56,674 nt of DNA from positions 1 through 56,674 of the IMG/VR virus record IMGVR_UViG_3300037826_000110; one strand, 5' to 3'. Positions 37,186 through 46,015 of this stretch are shown piece after piece. How positions within the stretch are numbered: position 1 is the first letter of the stretch; the number at the start of each line of letters is the position of its first letter. The DNA is from a virus. Taxonomy: Duplodnaviria > Caudoviricetes. The position numbers and the translations under genes were made by a program. Below the pieces are notes generated by a model, which saw only the letters and a program-made list of their open reading frames with translations, did not search any database and was not told the origin of the DNA.

Positions 37186-37839
37186 CTATAGTACATACGC
37201 CAGATCTAGCTCTGGCACCTGATCCGGGTCCATTACCTGAGGCAGCCACTCCGGCCGCCCCTGCGTGACCATCGGCTGCCCGTCATACATTGCCGCAACT
37301 TTGACAGCCTTGTGCCAGTCGTCGAAGGCGATGCGCATGCGCTTGATCTGCCCGGCGTTGCGCACGGGCATTTTCAGCCCATACCACGCCCGAATGAATC
37401 CGGGCACCTTGGTGAAGCGCCAAGCGTTCCAGTCGTCGTGGTCGCGCGGGCCATGCTCTTTAAGCCACTTCTCCACGTCCCACAACGCGATGTCGTCACG
37501 CACGTAATCGCGGTGTGGCTTGGTCGAGGCGTGCCAGCCGGCAAGCCATTTCTGGACAAGGATCCCCGTCGGCACGCGGCGGAAGTCCATGCGCGTGACG
37601 GGGAGATTGTCCCCCCGCCACGCTCGGATGAGGTAGCTGGGGCGCCATTTGGCGACGACCCAGCCACGCTCGGTTAGCCAGTCCAGCGCCTTGTCCAGAT
37701 CCCAGTCCACGGGCTTGGTCTCCTCAGAGAGGATTTCTAGTGTGCCGTGACGCTTGGTGACGGTCCACAGATGCGGGCTGCCGTCCTCTGGGGGGGCAAT
37801 CTGTCGGGTGAAGTCAATGCGCGTCACTATCGTTTCCAT
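37186..37839 (-). CDS. Hypothetical protein with internal duplication
   Basis: ATG 37839 with GGAGGGG SD; T/RIDF...WL...GW...IRAW unit occurs twice. Confidence 0.65.
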   Translation of the reverse strand: METIVTRIDFTRQIAPPEDGSPHLWTVTKRHGTLEILSEETKPVDWDLDKALDWLTERGWVVAKWRPSYLIRAWRGDNLPVTRMDFRRVPTGILVQKWLAGWHASTKPHRDYVRDDIALWDVEKWLKEHGPRDHDDWNAWRFTKVPGFIRAWYGLKMPVRNAGQIKRMRIAFDDWHKAVKVAAMYDGQPMVTQGRPEWLPQVMDPDQVPELDLAYVL

Positions 37840-38281
37840 GGTCCCCTCCGTTGGTGCGGAGAATGATTTTCCGTGCCAGGTCTCGGCGAACGTAATCCCA
37901 GCGTCCATCTGCCTCGAACGGGACGGCTTTGTCGATGCTGTCGATGACGGCCAGGATGTGGCCGGCCCACTCTTCGATGGGCGGGATGCGAAAAACCATG
38001 TGGCCGTCACAGCCACAGGAGATGAGTTGGAAGTTGGCTTGAGCCGCACACTTGAGGAGCTCAGAGCCGTGGGTGACGCTGAGCAGGGACATGGCTTCTT
38101 GCCCCTGGTCGCCCAGTTCATACGCGGCGTCCAGTTCGGCGCGCAGGCGGGCGATCTCTTCCTCGGCGGCGTCGAGGTCTGCGGCCTGGGCGTCGCATAT
38201 GCGTTCGGTTTCGCGGAGTTCGCGGGCCAGGACGCGGACGGCGACGCGGTCTTCGGTTTCGATGCGTGGGAGGCGGGTCAT
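37814..38281 (-). CDS. Hypothetical coiled-coil protein
   Basis: Coupled ORF. Confidence 0.6.
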   Translation of the reverse strand: MTRLPRIETEDRVAVRVLARELRETERICDAQAADLDAAEEEIARLRAELDAAYELGDQGQEAMSLLSVTHGSELLKCAAQANFQLISCGCDGHMVFRIPPIEEWAGHILAVIDSIDKAVPFEADGRWDYVRRDLARKIILRTNGGDHGNDSDAH

Positions 38282-38838
38282 CGCGCACCCCCCGCGGCCA
38301 TGGCATAGGGGCCGTAGCTAAGGATTTCCGTGCTGGGGATTGTGTTGCCGTCTACCGGTTCGGCCCAGATGGTCCAGTCTGGCGGGGCTGCGCAAGGATT
38401 GGGGATCATGCCGATGAGGGCCTGGACGTGTTTCTGCTGGGCGCGCCGGATGTTCCAGAACTCGCGGGGATTGAGGTCGTTCTCTGTGACGCAGTCCCCG
38501 CAAAGGTACAGAGGTGCGTACTGGGGGCGATCCTGATGTTTGCCATCGGCGAAGGGCTCGTAGTAAATGCGGAGTGCTGTAGTTTCCAGGACCACGGCTC
38601 CGCAGCGTTGACATACGCCGTTGGCCATGGGCCAGTAAAACGGGCCGCCGTTGGTGACGTAGTCGGCATGCCAGTCCTTCATGAATTTGTCATGGCGGAG
38701 GATCTGGCGTGCCTCGCCGTATGATACGACATAGTGGTAATTCTTGGTGCGACCGTTCAGGCTAATGGTAAGGTGCAGAACACCTTCGCTTGCCTGATGG
38801 TCTTTAGCGAAGCTTTGTGCGATCTCTCGCGGTTTCAT
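38278..38838 (-). CDS. Hypothetical Zn-finger protein, first gene of the leftward early operon
   Basis: CQRC...CGDC; AGGAGG SD. Confidence 0.65.
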   Translation of the reverse strand: MKPREIAQSFAKDHQASEGVLHLTISLNGRTKNYHYVVSYGEARQILRHDKFMKDWHADYVTNGGPFYWPMANGVCQRCGAVVLETTALRIYYEPFADGKHQDRPQYAPLYLCGDCVTENDLNPREFWNIRRAQQKHVQALIGMIPNPCAAPPDWTIWAEPVDGNTIPSTEILSYGPYAMAAGGAR

Positions 38839-39055
38839 TGTAACTACCTCCTATTGTGATAAGTTTCTTGTTGAGAAGCCCTCGCCGGTGCGGTTTGGCG
38901 GTTGCCTCTCTATTGTGGTACAATAGGAGGTAACCCTCGGTGCCGCTATTCCCGGTGCCTTGGGCTAGACCCTCGATTGGGAGCCGTTACTCCCGTCGAG
39001 GGTCGCTTGCTATAGAAAAGCCTCAGTCTGTCCTTTTCCCTTCGCAAGCACTTAT

Positions 39056-39084
39056 ATTGTACCATAGCTTGATTTTTTTGTCAA
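39056..39084 (-). promoter_or_regulatory. Leftward early promoter
   Basis: TTGACA-17-TACAAT with extended TG. Confidence 0.85.
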
Positions 39085-39112
39085 TACCCAAATTTTCCTC
39101 CGCTACAAGTAG

Positions 39113-39129
39113 TTATTTCCCAGGAAATA
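39113..39129. promoter_or_regulatory. NBS-like palindrome 6
   Basis: TTATTTCCCAGGAAATA, between the divergent promoters. Confidence 0.8.
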
Positions 39130-39146
39130 GCCATAGAAACTGCCTA

Positions 39147-39175
39147 TTGACATTTAAAAGCGGATATGATACAAT
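39147..39175 (+). promoter_or_regulatory. Rightward early promoter
   Basis: TTGACA-17-TACAAT with extended TG. Confidence 0.85.
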
Positions 39176-39275
39176 AATAGTGCTTACAACGTAGTAAGCA
39201 CCTATCAAGTGTGTAACGGCACACGCTAGGTAGTCGCCGGGATAGCGGCGGTCGATTCTGCTCATGCGATACGAC

Positions 39276-39299
39276 CCCCGCACCCTGCGGGGATTTTTT
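39276..39299 (+). terminator. Leader terminator/attenuator
   Basis: CCCCGCA-CCC-TGCGGGG-ATTTTTT. Confidence 0.7.
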
Positions 39300-39329
39300 A
39301 ATCACTAGATACCAACAAAAGGAGGTCGT

Positions 39330-39599
39330 ATGGGCATAGCTATCATCCGGGAGGATTTTCAGATGAAAGACACCAACCTAGTTACGGTTAGCGATGCCGC
39401 AGAGAAAACCGGTTACACAGGAGCATTCATTAGACTTATAGCAAATCAGGGCCGAATCAAGGCCAAGAAGTTTGGCTATATGTGGCAAATCGACCTTGAT
39501 GACCTTCTCTCTTACAAAGAGAAGATGGATCAATTAGGTAAGGAAAAACATGCGCTACGCTACGACGGCGACGACGAACCCGCAAACGAAACAGGATAA
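39330..39599 (+). CDS. HTH_17/excisionase-like DNA-binding protein
   Basis: VTV.DAAE.TGY....IR....QG.IKA.K.G..W.I. Confidence 0.8.
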   Translation: MGIAIIREDFQMKDTNLVTVSDAAEKTGYTGAFIRLIANQGRIKAKKFGYMWQIDLDDLLSYKEKMDQLGKEKHALRYDGDDEPANETG

Positions 39600-39694
39600 G
39601 AAGCAGGGCAACACAAGATAGGAATCGAGGAGACAACTAACCAATAGCAAAGGGAGGAGCATTAGCCCGCCTTGGCGACGGAAGTGAGGATATT

Positions 39695-41143
39695 ATGAAA
39701 ATCACAGAAGCAACACCGCAGCAAAGAAACAACGCTCCCTTTGTGACGCATATGACTGCCAGGAACATCGGCAAGGGGTACGCCGAGACCCTAATACTAA
39801 TCGCCTACTATCTCCCGGACGGCGACGTCCTAGAGGGAACTAGCGAAGAATTCGGTGCAGTCTTCGACATTCACGAACGCAGCTTCAGGAATCATGTCAA
39901 GGCCCTATCACGAGCCGGATGCCTACTTTACACGAAACCAGAATACGGGCTATACAAAATCATAAGAATTTCACAGACAGAAGAGGAACTAAACACCCTC
40001 GTCGATTGCTGGAATTTCATTCCAGATGAGATCAAAAAGCGCGATGCGTTGGATTTTGTCACGTCTGCTTTCCTGTCGAAATGGAAAGAATTTTCCGAAA
40101 GTGGGGGGGAATGGAAAGAATTTTCCACCTTAGAGGAAGAGGCACCGGAAGCAAAACGGAAAGAATTTTCCGAAACTCCGCAAAATGGAAGAAATTTTCC
40201 AAGTTCAGACGAAGAGGAGCAAGGCGAGGAATGGAAAGAATTTTCCGAAAGTGGGGGAGAATGGAAAGAATTTTCCAACTCGGATGGCGAAAGACGGAAA
40301 GAATTTTCCGTAACCCCCATTGAACGGAAAAAAATTTCCGAAAGTGGGGGGAAACGGAAAGAATTTTCCGAAAGCGATCCCCCTGTTGTTGTTATTAATC
40401 ATGATCATGTCTTTGAGAGACAATTTTCTAAAGATAAAAAACAACAACAGCAAGCATCTGAGCCACAAAACGGCGATTCAGCGCAGGGGTTTGCGTCGAA
40501 CGATTTTTCCGAACGTCAAAAGCTTGCCTTGAATGCTCTGCGTTCCGTGCGTGTGGGTCGCAATGCACAGCGTGAATTCATACGCGACCATGATCCGCAG
40601 CGCATCCTAGACGTCGTTGCGGCGGCGAAGGTTGACGCAACCGTCAAAAACAAAGCGGGGTATGTGTGCAAGGCCCTCCGCGAAGGGTGGGAGATCGCGG
40701 TGCCGAAATCCGAGCCCGAGAAACGTCAGGAAAAATGGGCCGGATGGGAACAACAAAACGCCCAAGCCACCGCGCGCCTGCATCAAGCGGTCGCCGCTGC
40801 CGCCGAGCAATCCGGTAACGGCAACGGGGGCGAATCTGCCAAGATCTGGCGCGGCGTCCTGGGTGAACTGGAGCTCCAGATGACCCGCGCGACCTTCGAC
40901 ACCTGGCTGCGGGATACAAACTGCCTGGGTCGGGAGGATAACGGCGACGGTGAGACGCTGATCATCGGCGTGAAGAACGGCTACGCCGTGGAATGGCTAG
41001 AACATCGGCTGTACACCGTCATCCAACGCACACTCCACCGCGTCGTGGGGCAGCACACAGAGGCGCGCTTCGTTGTCTGGGATGAGGAAGCGCAGGAAGT
41101 CACAGAGCCGGCCTTGGAGCCGGTCACAGGAGGAGTAGGGTGA
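39695..41143 (+). CDS. Replication initiator: N-terminal HTH, iteron-encoded linker, C-terminal DnaA domain I
   Basis: IW..VL..L..QM..ATFDTWL..T...L.IGV.N.YA.EWLE.RL. Confidence 0.85.
   Translation: MKITEATPQQRNNAPFVTHMTARNIGKGYAETLILIAYYLPDGDVLEGTSEEFGAVFDIHERSFRNHVKALSRAGCLLYTKPEYGLYKIIRISQTEEELNTLVDCWNFIPDEIKKRDALDFVTSAFLSKWKEFSESGGEWKEFSTLEEEAPEAKRKEFSETPQNGRNFPSSDEEEQGEEWKEFSESGGEWKEFSNSDGERRKEFSVTPIERKKISESGGKRKEFSESDPPVVVINHDHVFERQFSKDKKQQQQASEPQNGDSAQGFASNDFSERQKLALNALRSVRVGRNAQREFIRDHDPQRILDVVAAAKVDATVKNKAGYVCKALREGWEIAVPKSEPEKRQEKWAGWEQQNAQATARLHQAVAAAAEQSGNGNGGESAKIWRGVLGELELQMTRATFDTWLRDTNCLGREDNGDGETLIIGVKNGYAVEWLEHRLYTVIQRTLHRVVGQHTEARFVVWDEEAQEVTEPALEPVTGGVG
40081..40369 (+). 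repeat. Replication origin iterons (9 x 16 bp)
   Basis: A(T/C)GGAAAGAATTTTCC at 40081, 40111, 40156, 40185, 40231, 40261, 40294, 40324 and 40354 (two are variants), followed by an AT-rich tract. Confidence 0.85.
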
Positions 41144-41388
41144 CAGAAGAAAACGCAACATACAAGATCAAGGGCGAACAGATCATCGACTACACGGTGC
41201 TCCAGTTACCGCACTGCGCCACGTGCGACCAAAAGCTGATCCTGGAGCCCGTGAGTCACGCGCCGCACTTCGCATCCATCGAGGCGCGTTGCCCGGAATG
41301 CGGGAAGGCGTTTACCGTGATGGTCATCGCGGATACGCTGGCCACGGTGATGGGACGGCTCAAGGTGCTGACGGAATCGGAAGGCTAG
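41140..41388 (+). CDS. Zn-ribbon protein
   Basis: CATC...CPECG. Confidence 0.65.
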   Translation: MTEENATYKIKGEQIIDYTVLQLPHCATCDQKLILEPVSHAPHFASIEARCPECGKAFTVMVIADTLATVMGRLKVLTESEG

Positions 41389-41394
41389 CATGAC

Positions 41395-41754
41395 ATGCCC
41401 CAGACCCCGCAACGCCGCGCGCGCTATCCCGCCGACTGGCGCATCATCGCCACCAGCGTCAAGGACCAAGCCGCCTGGTGCTGCGAGCACTGCGGACGGC
41501 CCCACGATCCTCTCAACGGTCACCCGCTCACCGTCCACCACCTGGACAACACGCCAGAGAACAACCAGTGGTACAACCTGGTGGCGTTGTGCCTGCCGTG
41601 CCATGCCAAGATCGCGGCGCATTACACACCGGGGCAGCGGACGTTTGATTTCTACGAGCCCCCGGCATGGATGGCCGAGCGGGGTCTGGTACGCGGGGCG
41701 CGGCAGATGGCGTTTTGGTTTTATGGACCTGGGGAATTATTTCCCAGGAAATAA
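41395..41754 (+). CDS. HNH endonuclease
   Basis: YP.DW, CEHCG, LTVHHLD..P.NN...NL.ALC..CH. Confidence 0.85.
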   Translation: MPQTPQRRARYPADWRIIATSVKDQAAWCCEHCGRPHDPLNGHPLTVHHLDNTPENNQWYNLVALCLPCHAKIAAHYTPGQRTFDFYEPPAWMAERGLVRGARQMAFWFYGPGELFPRK

Positions 41755-41755
41755 T
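41736..41755. promoter_or_regulatory. NBS-like palindrome 7
   Basis: ATTATTTCCCAGGAAATAAT, before parM. Confidence 0.85.
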
Positions 41756-41777
41756 CACACAACACGGAGGAATTGAG

Positions 41778-42749
41778 ATGCAATTAGGCATAGACTTAGG
41801 TTACAACGAAGTAAAATCGGTATCGGACAAGGAACACCAGCGCTTCCCAGCGGTCATAGGCACGCCAGAGGAAGCCTCGTTCTCACTGAACGGCGATCAG
41901 AGCATGATCTTGCTCAAGCCGGCGCACGTCTCTCTGGGGATGGGGGCCGTGATGCACTCGCGTTTCAATAATCGCCGCGAGTCACGGAACTGGATTGAGA
42001 CGGCCGACTATCACCACCTGTTCTGTGGCGCGCTCACACAGCACACCACAGCCACACAGATCAGTGTGGACCTGGTGACCGGCTTACCCATCGCCTTCTA
42101 CGGCGATAAGGGACGTCTGGCCGGGATCTTGACCGGAGAGCACAGCGTCCAGGTCCAGGGGCGCACGGCGCAGCTCTTTAGGGTCAATCACGTGCGCGTG
42201 ATCCCGCAGCCGTTCGGAAGCTTGCTCAGCGTAGTTCTGGATGGCCGGGGGCAGATCGTGGACAATGACCTGGCCCTATCGCGGGTGGGCGTGATCGACG
42301 TCGGAGGCAAGACCACCAACCTCCTCAGCGTCCACAAGCTGACGGAGCTGGACCGTGAGTCCACCAGCGTCAGCGCTGGGGGGTGGCGCTTAGTGCGTGC
42401 AGTTCGGCAGTGGCTGGCGGCCAACAAGCCCGGCCTCGACGAAATGCGCGATCACGAACTGGCTGAGGCAATCAAGGTGCAGCGCATTAACTGCGCTGGC
42501 GAGCCGGTGAGCGAATTTCCGAGCATCGTCAGCGGCTACGCCGATAGCCTGGCTCAAGAAATCATCGCCACCGCCACACAACTGTGGAACGGTGGGGCGC
42601 TCCTGGACAAGATCCTGGTCACCGGGGGCGGAGCCCTATTACTGGGGGAGGCTATCCGCACCCGCTGGCCACGGGCGGAGATTGTTCCGTCGCCGGTATA
42701 CGCGAATGCCATCGGCTATCACCGCCTGGCTAAGCGGTTGTACGGGTAG
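41778..42749 (+). CDS. parM: ParM/StbA actin-like partition ATPase
   Basis: GIDLGYNEVK, VTGLP, PQP.G, IDVGGKTT, TGGGA, ANA.GY; start ATG 41778. Confidence 0.9.
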   Translation: MQLGIDLGYNEVKSVSDKEHQRFPAVIGTPEEASFSLNGDQSMILLKPAHVSLGMGAVMHSRFNNRRESRNWIETADYHHLFCGALTQHTTATQISVDLVTGLPIAFYGDKGRLAGILTGEHSVQVQGRTAQLFRVNHVRVIPQPFGSLLSVVLDGRGQIVDNDLALSRVGVIDVGGKTTNLLSVHKLTELDRESTSVSAGGWRLVRAVRQWLAANKPGLDEMRDHELAEAIKVQRINCAGEPVSEFPSIVSGYADSLAQEIIATATQLWNGGALLDKILVTGGGALLLGEAIRTRWPRAEIVPSPVYANAIGYHRLAKRLYG

Positions 42750-42758
42750 CATGGCTAC

Positions 42759-42815
42759 GCTATCCGTTATTAAAAATTAATAACGGATAGCCGCCAGTAT
42801 TAAAAATTAATAACG
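42759..42815. repeat. Putative parC centromere/operator
   Basis: Inverted repeat 42759-42791 and 18-bp direct repeat TATTAAAAATTAATAACG at 42768 and 42798. Confidence 0.7.
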
Positions 42816-43085
42816 ATGGTTACCAGAAAGAGCTTGGCCTTGGATAGCGCAGCGGATGCCGATATCCTGAAGTGGTTGGAGGCGCAGGATAATCAAAGTC
42901 GGGCAATCCGGGCCGCAATCCGGGCCTATATGAAAATGGAGAAAGACGTGACGCTCCAGGACGTGTACGAGGTCCTGGTGGAATTGCGGGAAAATGTGAG
43001 CCGTGGGGAATTTGTACCGCGCGACGGCGAGGCTACCGACGAAGATCCGGAGCTCGCCAACGCCCTGGATACCCTGGGGCTATAG
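42816..43085 (+). CDS. ParR-like ribbon-helix-helix adaptor
   Basis: RKSL.LD...D.DI..WL......S..IR.AIR.Y; acidic tail; follows parM. Confidence 0.75.
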   Translation: MVTRKSLALDSAADADILKWLEAQDNQSRAIRAAIRAYMKMEKDVTLQDVYEVLVELRENVSRGEFVPRDGEATDEDPELANALDTLGL

Positions 43086-43095
43086 GAGGAGAGTA

Positions 43096-43587
43096 ATGTT
43101 TAGGAAGGCGGGAACGTTTTTGCTGGCAATTATTTGCCTAGTCGCCGTGGTCATCTGGGGCGGCGTCGCCCTGATGGACAAGCAGACCGAGTATCTCTAT
43201 GCTCGGTCGCAACTGGAGACCGCGTCCCTGGCCCACACGGCCGTCAAGGGACAAGCGGGCGTCTCCATGATACTGGGCCTGGTCCTGATCGCCGTGTTGA
43301 CGGGCTTGGGCCTAGGCGTGTATTTCTACTGGCGCAATTGGCAGGAGAAGCGCAACCGCCAAGCGCGCCGGCGCGTTGCGCAATCACAACCGCAGTGGCT
43401 CCCTGGTCCCCATGCGTACTGGGGGCAGGAACGACAGCCGCCGCAGGTGGGAATTAGCGACCTGGTGCAGTTGGAGATCCTGCGGATGCTGCGCGATCGG
43501 CAGCCACAGCCACCACCACAGCAGGCTCTGATCCTGGAAGAGGATGAGGAACCAGAGCCGTTGACGCTGCCCCCAAACTGGCATTAG
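43096..43587 (+). CDS. Membrane protein (2 TM, Pro/Gln-rich tail)
   Basis: ATG 43096 with GGAGGAG SD. Confidence 0.7.
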   Translation: MFRKAGTFLLAIICLVAVVIWGGVALMDKQTEYLYARSQLETASLAHTAVKGQAGVSMILGLVLIAVLTGLGLGVYFYWRNWQEKRNRQARRRVAQSQPQWLPGPHAYWGQERQPPQVGISDLVQLEILRMLRDRQPQPPPQQALILEEDEEPEPLTLPPNWH

Positions 43588-43620
43588 GAATTTCACCCTC
43601 ACTACCAGAAGGAGGAGGGG

Positions 43621-44679
43621 ATGCTTAGAATATTATCGTATATTTTCGTAGTAGGCGGCATTATCGCCGGGCTAGTAGCTTGTGGCGCGGCCTCGTCACA
43701 ATGGCCCCAGGCTACCCGCAGCGATTTCGACATCCTGGCGGAGGCACAGCAGATCCGCGAGGATGAGCAGTTCAACATCCTCTCCCGGGCTAGGGAGATC
43801 GAAATGCAGTTCACGGCTACGGCCGAGGCTGCCCGCGCCACCACCACCGCCGAGGCCTACCGCGTGTGGGCCGAGCAGGCTAAGGCCGAGGCGACTGCAA
43901 CGGCTGTCGCTGCCCAGATCCGGGCCACGGCCACTGCCGAGGCCAACTACATCCGCGCGACCGCCACCACTGAGGCTGTGCGCGCCACGGCGACCGCGGA
44001 GGCCGTGCTATTTGCGCAACAGGCTACTGTCACCGCGCAACAGTGGATGGAACGCGCCACGGCGACGGCGGAGGCGCAACGCCTTAATGCGATAGCTACC
44101 ACCTCCGCCATTTACGCTCAATCCACGGCGACGGCGGTGGAGGTGCGCAAACGCGAGTTGCAACTAGAACGGGAGGAGAATATGAACCAGGTCCGGGCTA
44201 TGATCCCCTACGGTATCATCATTCTATCAGCAGGCGTAATCCTGTGGGGGGCGGTGCGTTTGATCATGGCCGTTGAGTTGCGGGTGCGTGCGATTCCCCG
44301 TGATGAGCGCGGGGATGCGCCGGTGATGATGCTCTCCTTCCGGGGCGCCACGTATGCCTACGACCCGGATCGGGGATTCGGGCCGGTGACCATGTTCACC
44401 GCCGAGGGAGCCGCGCAACCGGCGATGGCACGTGAGGAGATCCAAGAGCGTGTCACCGCCAGGGACCAAACCGTGGACCTGGTACATCGGGGATTCGAGG
44501 GGCAAGGGGGCCGACGTCGGCGGGTGACAGCACAGCAGGCGGGGGAGCTGATGGCGCAGCCGGCCTTGCCCGGCCCGGTGCACGTCGTGCCTCCGGAGCA
44601 GGTGGGGCGTTGGCTTAAGGATGTTGAGCCGCAGGCTATGGCTCAATTAGTGGAGGGGGAGGTATTGAATGATAAATAA
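43621..44679 (+). CDS. Membrane/lipoprotein with ATATAE repeats
   Basis: Signal with LVAC, repeated RATATAEA, second TM. Confidence 0.75.
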   Translation: MLRILSYIFVVGGIIAGLVACGAASSQWPQATRSDFDILAEAQQIREDEQFNILSRAREIEMQFTATAEAARATTTAEAYRVWAEQAKAEATATAVAAQIRATATAEANYIRATATTEAVRATATAEAVLFAQQATVTAQQWMERATATAEAQRLNAIATTSAIYAQSTATAVEVRKRELQLEREENMNQVRAMIPYGIIILSAGVILWGAVRLIMAVELRVRAIPRDERGDAPVMMLSFRGATYAYDPDRGFGPVTMFTAEGAAQPAMAREEIQERVTARDQTVDLVHRGFEGQGGRRRRVTAQQAGELMAQPALPGPVHVVPPEQVGRWLKDVEPQAMAQLVEGEVLNDK

Positions 44680-45946
44680 GCGAAGGATTATGGAAGCCAC
44701 CGCGGTGGCGCAGCGGGTACCGGAAGTTTTACGGGGTCGGGGATTGACCCCGGCGTTTCAGGACTGGCCACTCACCGAACACAACGGGCTCCTATGGCTG
44801 TTCGGGGTGCTGGATTTGCAGCACATCGAAAAGCTGGAGCGCTACACGGACGCCAGCCTGCTGCATCACATCAGCACCGTGCTGGGCGGTCTCCCCGTGT
44901 TTCTCTCCAATACCTCCGGCTTACGCTACGCTATTCTCCTCTCCCATCCTCCGCAGCTCCCCGACCGTATCGACTACCCCGGCCTCAAGCGGGGGCTGGC
45001 TCAACTGGGGCGCAAGTGCACCGGGGGCGGTGTCGCGGTACCGTGGGAGGAAATACGCCATCTTCTGGTAGCCGGGATGACGGGCGCGGGGAAGTCCAAC
45101 TTCCTGCGCCTGATCGCCTACCAGGGGCTTGCCGAGGGGCATCGGTTGCTCCTGGCGGACATGGACGGCGCCACCTTCCCTATGCTGGCCGGGCACGAGG
45201 CGCTGCTGGAGCCGTTGGCGCGTGATCCACAGGGGATGCTAGAGATCGTCGAGCGCGCCTTGGGGGAGTGCGATCATCGCGCTGAGTTGTACGCGCAGGT
45301 GCCCGGTTTCCCCGACAATCTACCGGAGTATAATGAACTGGTGGTCAAGGCCGGGGTCGCGCCCCTGCCGCGTTTGCTGGTGGTCTTGGATGAGTTCAAT
45401 TCCGCCGTGACCTCGGCGGGTGGTGCGCGGGGCACGCTGGCCAGTGCAGCCGCCGAGCTGGGATGGCGCGGGCGGAAATTCGGCATCAACCTGGTTTTTG
45501 CCGCGCAGGATTTCTCTAAGTCTGTGGTGGGCCGGGTGCGTGATCAGGTCGGGGCCGCGATCTGTTTCCGGGTGCGCAGCCGTGAGACGGCACGCGCCAT
45601 GCGCTGTGAGCAGGCGGCCAAGATTGCCCCGGGGCGGCCGGGTCTGGCGGTTACGGATCGCTGGGGACCGATGCAAGCGTATTTTCTGGATAAGTCACTC
45701 TTGATCCAGGCGGGGCGGTCCCGGGCGGAGAGTGGATTGAGCGAGGCGGAGCGCGTGATGGTCCGTTGGGCGATGGCGAATAACGAGGGTTATCTCCCTA
45801 CGCGCGTAATCCGTGAGCAATTGGGAGCCGGGTATCGGGAGGCGCGCAGTCTGGCGGAGGATTGGGAGCTGCGGGGGTGGCTGGCCAAGGACGCGGGGGC
45901 CAGGAACACGCGGCAGGTGACGGCGAAGTTGGAGGCGTTGGTGTGA
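44669..45946 (+). CDS. FtsK/SpoIIIE (TraB-like) DNA translocase ATPase
   Basis: HLLVAGMTGAGKS, VVLDEF, GRKFGI.L.FAAQ, C-terminal gamma-like wHTH (GY..AR.L..WE..G). Confidence 0.85.
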   Translation: MINKRRIMEATAVAQRVPEVLRGRGLTPAFQDWPLTEHNGLLWLFGVLDLQHIEKLERYTDASLLHHISTVLGGLPVFLSNTSGLRYAILLSHPPQLPDRIDYPGLKRGLAQLGRKCTGGGVAVPWEEIRHLLVAGMTGAGKSNFLRLIAYQGLAEGHRLLLADMDGATFPMLAGHEALLEPLARDPQGMLEIVERALGECDHRAELYAQVPGFPDNLPEYNELVVKAGVAPLPRLLVVLDEFNSAVTSAGGARGTLASAAAELGWRGRKFGINLVFAAQDFSKSVVGRVRDQVGAAICFRVRSRETARAMRCEQAAKIAPGRPGLAVTDRWGPMQAYFLDKSLLIQAGRSRAESGLSEAERVMVRWAMANNEGYLPTRVIREQLGAGYREARSLAEDWELRGWLAKDAGARNTRQVTAKLEALV

Positions 45947-45964
45947 TGGGTGTTGGACGTAGAG

Positions 45965-45994
45965 AGCCCCCCGCTGGATCACCAGCGGGGGGCT
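45965..45994. terminator. Bidirectional terminator hairpin between convergent operons
   Basis: 13-bp perfect stem AGCCCCCCGCTGG/CCAGCGGGGGGCT. Confidence 0.75.
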
Positions 45995-45995
45995 T

Positions 45996-46015
45996 ATTAT
46001 TTCCTGGGAAATAAT
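45996..46015. promoter_or_regulatory. NBS-like palindrome 8
   Basis: ATTATTTCCTGGGAAATAAT, at the convergent junction. Confidence 0.85.

Noticed and set aside
40081-40369. 16-bp repeats as a mini-CRISPR array
   Set aside because: They lie inside an ORF, spacers are short and partly repeated, and an AT-rich tract follows; typical iterons
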